From assembly GCA_037441845.1 (NCBI GenBank), contig JBBIRK010000002.1, forward strand, positions 224,001-288,000: a DNA stretch of 64,000 nucleotides. Direction: 5' to 3'. The notes beneath the pieces were generated by a model. It searched no databases, was not told the origin of the DNA, and was given only the letters and a program-made list of their open reading frames with translations. Source of the stretch: Candidatus Zixiibacteriota bacterium. Lineage in GTDB: Bacteria; Zixibacteria; MSB-5A5; UBA10806; 4484-95. A program made the translations under genes and the position numbers. Positions 62,155 through 64,000 of this stretch are shown here, piece by piece. Every line of letters begins with the position of its first letter. Position 1 is the stretch's first letter.

Positions 62155-63999
62155 CTAAATCAATTTGCGCAGAATATCGGCAAATTCGCGGGCGGTCTGA
62201 AAACGCATATCCGGATCTTTGACCAGCGCCTTGGCGATTATTTTATCGAAAATACGCGGCACATCGAGATTCAGTTCCGATGGCGGCGGCGGCGACGTAT
62301 GCAGTATCGAATAAATCAGCGCCGAGATGGTATCCCCTTTGAACGGACGTTCGCCGGTGAGCAGTTCGTAGAAAACGACCCCTTGGCTGAAAATATCGCT
62401 GCGCCGATCGACCGGTTGGCCTCTGAGCTGTTCGGGTGAGATATAGTTGGGGGTCCCGAGAGCCACGCCGGATTGGGTCATATTCGATGAATCGAAGCGA
62501 GCGATTCCGAAATCCATGACTTTGACCCGATCGTTTTCGAGAATCATTATGTTGGCCGGCTTGATATCGCGGTGCACGATCCCATGCTCGTGGGCGAAAT
62601 CGAGCGCATCGGCGGTCTGAATCATTATCTTGCAGATCGACTTATAATCCCACTTGTGCCCTTCGCGAATCAACGATTCGAGAGTCCGGCCGTTGAGGTA
62701 TTCCATGGCAATGTATTGCAAAGTCCCCTGCTCACCGACATCATAGATGGTCACGATATTGGGATGGGAGAGCTTGCCGGCAGCCTTGGCCTCGCGATTC
62801 AGACGCTCCCTCAATTCGGCGAGTTCGGCGGGGTCGGCGATGTTGTCGAGCCGGATGGTTTTAAGCGCAATTGGACGATCGATAGCCGGATCCAATCCCT
62901 TATAGACCATCCCCATCGCACCCTTGCCGATAGGCTCGATGACGCGATACCTTCCGAATGAACCGGTTTCCAGACGCGCATCCATTTCGAGCACGGCGGT
63001 CATGGAACGCGACACGGGCATCGTTCGTCCCTGCTCCAGCGGCATGGTTGCGGAGGGCGTGCCGGCCACGGAAATCGAAGGAGCCCTGACCGGAGTCGAG
63101 GTTCCGCCCAGAGGTGTAGAGCTCAACAATTGTTCATAATCTATTTCGTCATCATCGGAATCCTCATCCGGATCCGCATCGCGCCGGTTTTTTATTGTCG
63201 GCGAAGCTATCATGAAAAACAGAATCATCATGACCGGATAGGAAAATTTGGTGATCATATCGAGGCTGGCGAATAATATGAAACTCACGTTAATCAGAAC
63301 GAATACCAGTATGCCCAGAGAAATCAGCCTGTACATAAGGGATATCCGAGGGAGAATTATGGCCGCGAAAAGTCCGATTCCGACCATCAGCAGGATATTG
63401 ATCAAGTTCGATTTGCCGAAATCTATCAGGAAATTGCCGTGCACGATATTTTCGATCGAATTGGCTAAAATCTCGGCGCCGGGCATGTCAGCTCCCACCG
63501 GTGTGGAGTAGATATCGCTCGAATTGGAGCCGGTGAAGGCGATAAGGACGATCTTGCCGCTAAGCGCTTTTTTGCCGGCGTTGCCGTTCACCAAATCGAC
63601 GGCGGAAACTTTTTTGAACGTGCCTGGAGGTCCGTTGAAATTGAGCGCCATGCGACCGGCATGATCGGTGGGAATGAATCGGGGTCCTACTTGTATTCCT
63701 TTTCCTACATGGACCACGACATTATCACGGCCCACGCCAAGATATTTCGCAGCGGTTATCAGCGATGCCGAGGGAAGATTTTCTCCAGCATAATTAAGGA
63801 TCAAGGGGTCGAATCGGACCAGGCGGTCATAATCGAAACTGACGCCGGTGAAACCTACGGCGTATGAGCCCGCCGCTATATTTTTTTCCGGCAAAGAAAG
63901 GCTTCCAGCGATGACCGGCGGTTTTTTGGCCAGTAAATCGCGATCGTCGAATTTTATCAAGGAGGTCCGCCGGAGGTAATCGGGAATTCCCTCGCCGGT
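62155..63999 (-). CDS. CHASE2-sensor transmembrane Ser/Thr protein kinase (5' end outside the window)
   Basis: CHASE2-like GKIVLI...TP...MPGAEILAN, 3 TM segments, kinase motifs GKGAMG, HRDIKPAN, DFG, SPEQ; frame open to the window edge. Confidence 0.88.
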   Translation of the reverse strand, partial: TGEGIPDYLRRTSLIKFDDRDLLAKKPPVIAGSLSLPEKNIAAGSYAVGFTGVSFDYDRLVRFDPLILNYAGENLPSASLITAAKYLGVGRDNVVVHVGKGIQVGPRFIPTDHAGRMALNFNGPPGTFKKVSAVDLVNGNAGKKALSGKIVLIAFTGSNSSDIYSTPVGADMPGAEILANSIENIVHGNFLIDFGKSNLINILLMVGIGLFAAIILPRISLMYRLISLGILVFVLINVSFILFASLDMITKFSYPVMMILFFMIASPTIKNRRDADPDEDSDDDEIDYEQLLSSTPLGGTSTPVRAPSISVAGTPSATMPLEQGRTMPVSRSMTAVLEMDARLETGSFGRYRVIEPIGKGAMGMVYKGLDPAIDRPIALKTIRLDNIADPAELAELRERLNREAKAAGKLSHPNIVTIYDVGEQGTLQYIAMEYLNGRTLESLIREGHKWDYKSICKIMIQTADALDFAHEHGIVHRDIKPANIMILENDRVKVMDFGIARFDSSNMTQSGVALGTPNYISPEQLRGQPVDRRSDIFSQGVVFYELLTGERPFKGDTISALIYSILHTSPPPPSELNLDVPRIFDKIIAKALVKDPDMRFQTAREFADILRKLI

Positions 64000-64000
64000 G

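Overview
64 kb of bacterial core chromosome from a diderm, LPS-making organism. The gene content (bamA-skp-lpxD, lptFG, tolQRA, a PorV-like protein, a cargo protein with a T9SS-A/FlgD-type C-terminus, the yggS-divIVA-pnp-ileS2-dksA-lspA-rluD cluster, cdaA) suggests an FCB-related lineage such as Zixibacteria. That placement is inference only. I can support about 58 CDS and one tRNA-Gln(CUG), and I found no transposase, integrase, prophage or CRISPR-Cas locus. Most genes are housekeeping. The less ordinary content lies between about 33.4 and 52.2 kb. (i) Three same-orientation intergenic arrays of degenerate ~20-23-nt units (GTCATTCCCG-like head plus pyrimidine-rich filler), each ending in a dRS3/CGTC-REP-like palindrome. 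(ii) A dinB-dnaE2 mutagenesis cassette whose sigma70 promoter is overlaid by TGCAC...GTGCA palindromes, a candidate lineage-specific SOS box. (iii) A 73-nt hairpin directly 5' of tRNA-Gln. (iv) An 873-aa all-coiled-coil protein divergent from yggS-divIVA. (v) A divergent ATP-type PEP carboxykinase. (vi) A Lys-rich zinc-finger protein and a secreted CxxxCH/Reeler-like protein. Smaller oddities are a probable CTG/ATT start for folE, a probably leaderless lptF, a pseudo-receiver protein, an orphan Cys-rich anti-sigma factor behind ccdA, and rplU coupled to bamA without rpmA. All protein calls come from motifs recognised by eye; no database searches were run.
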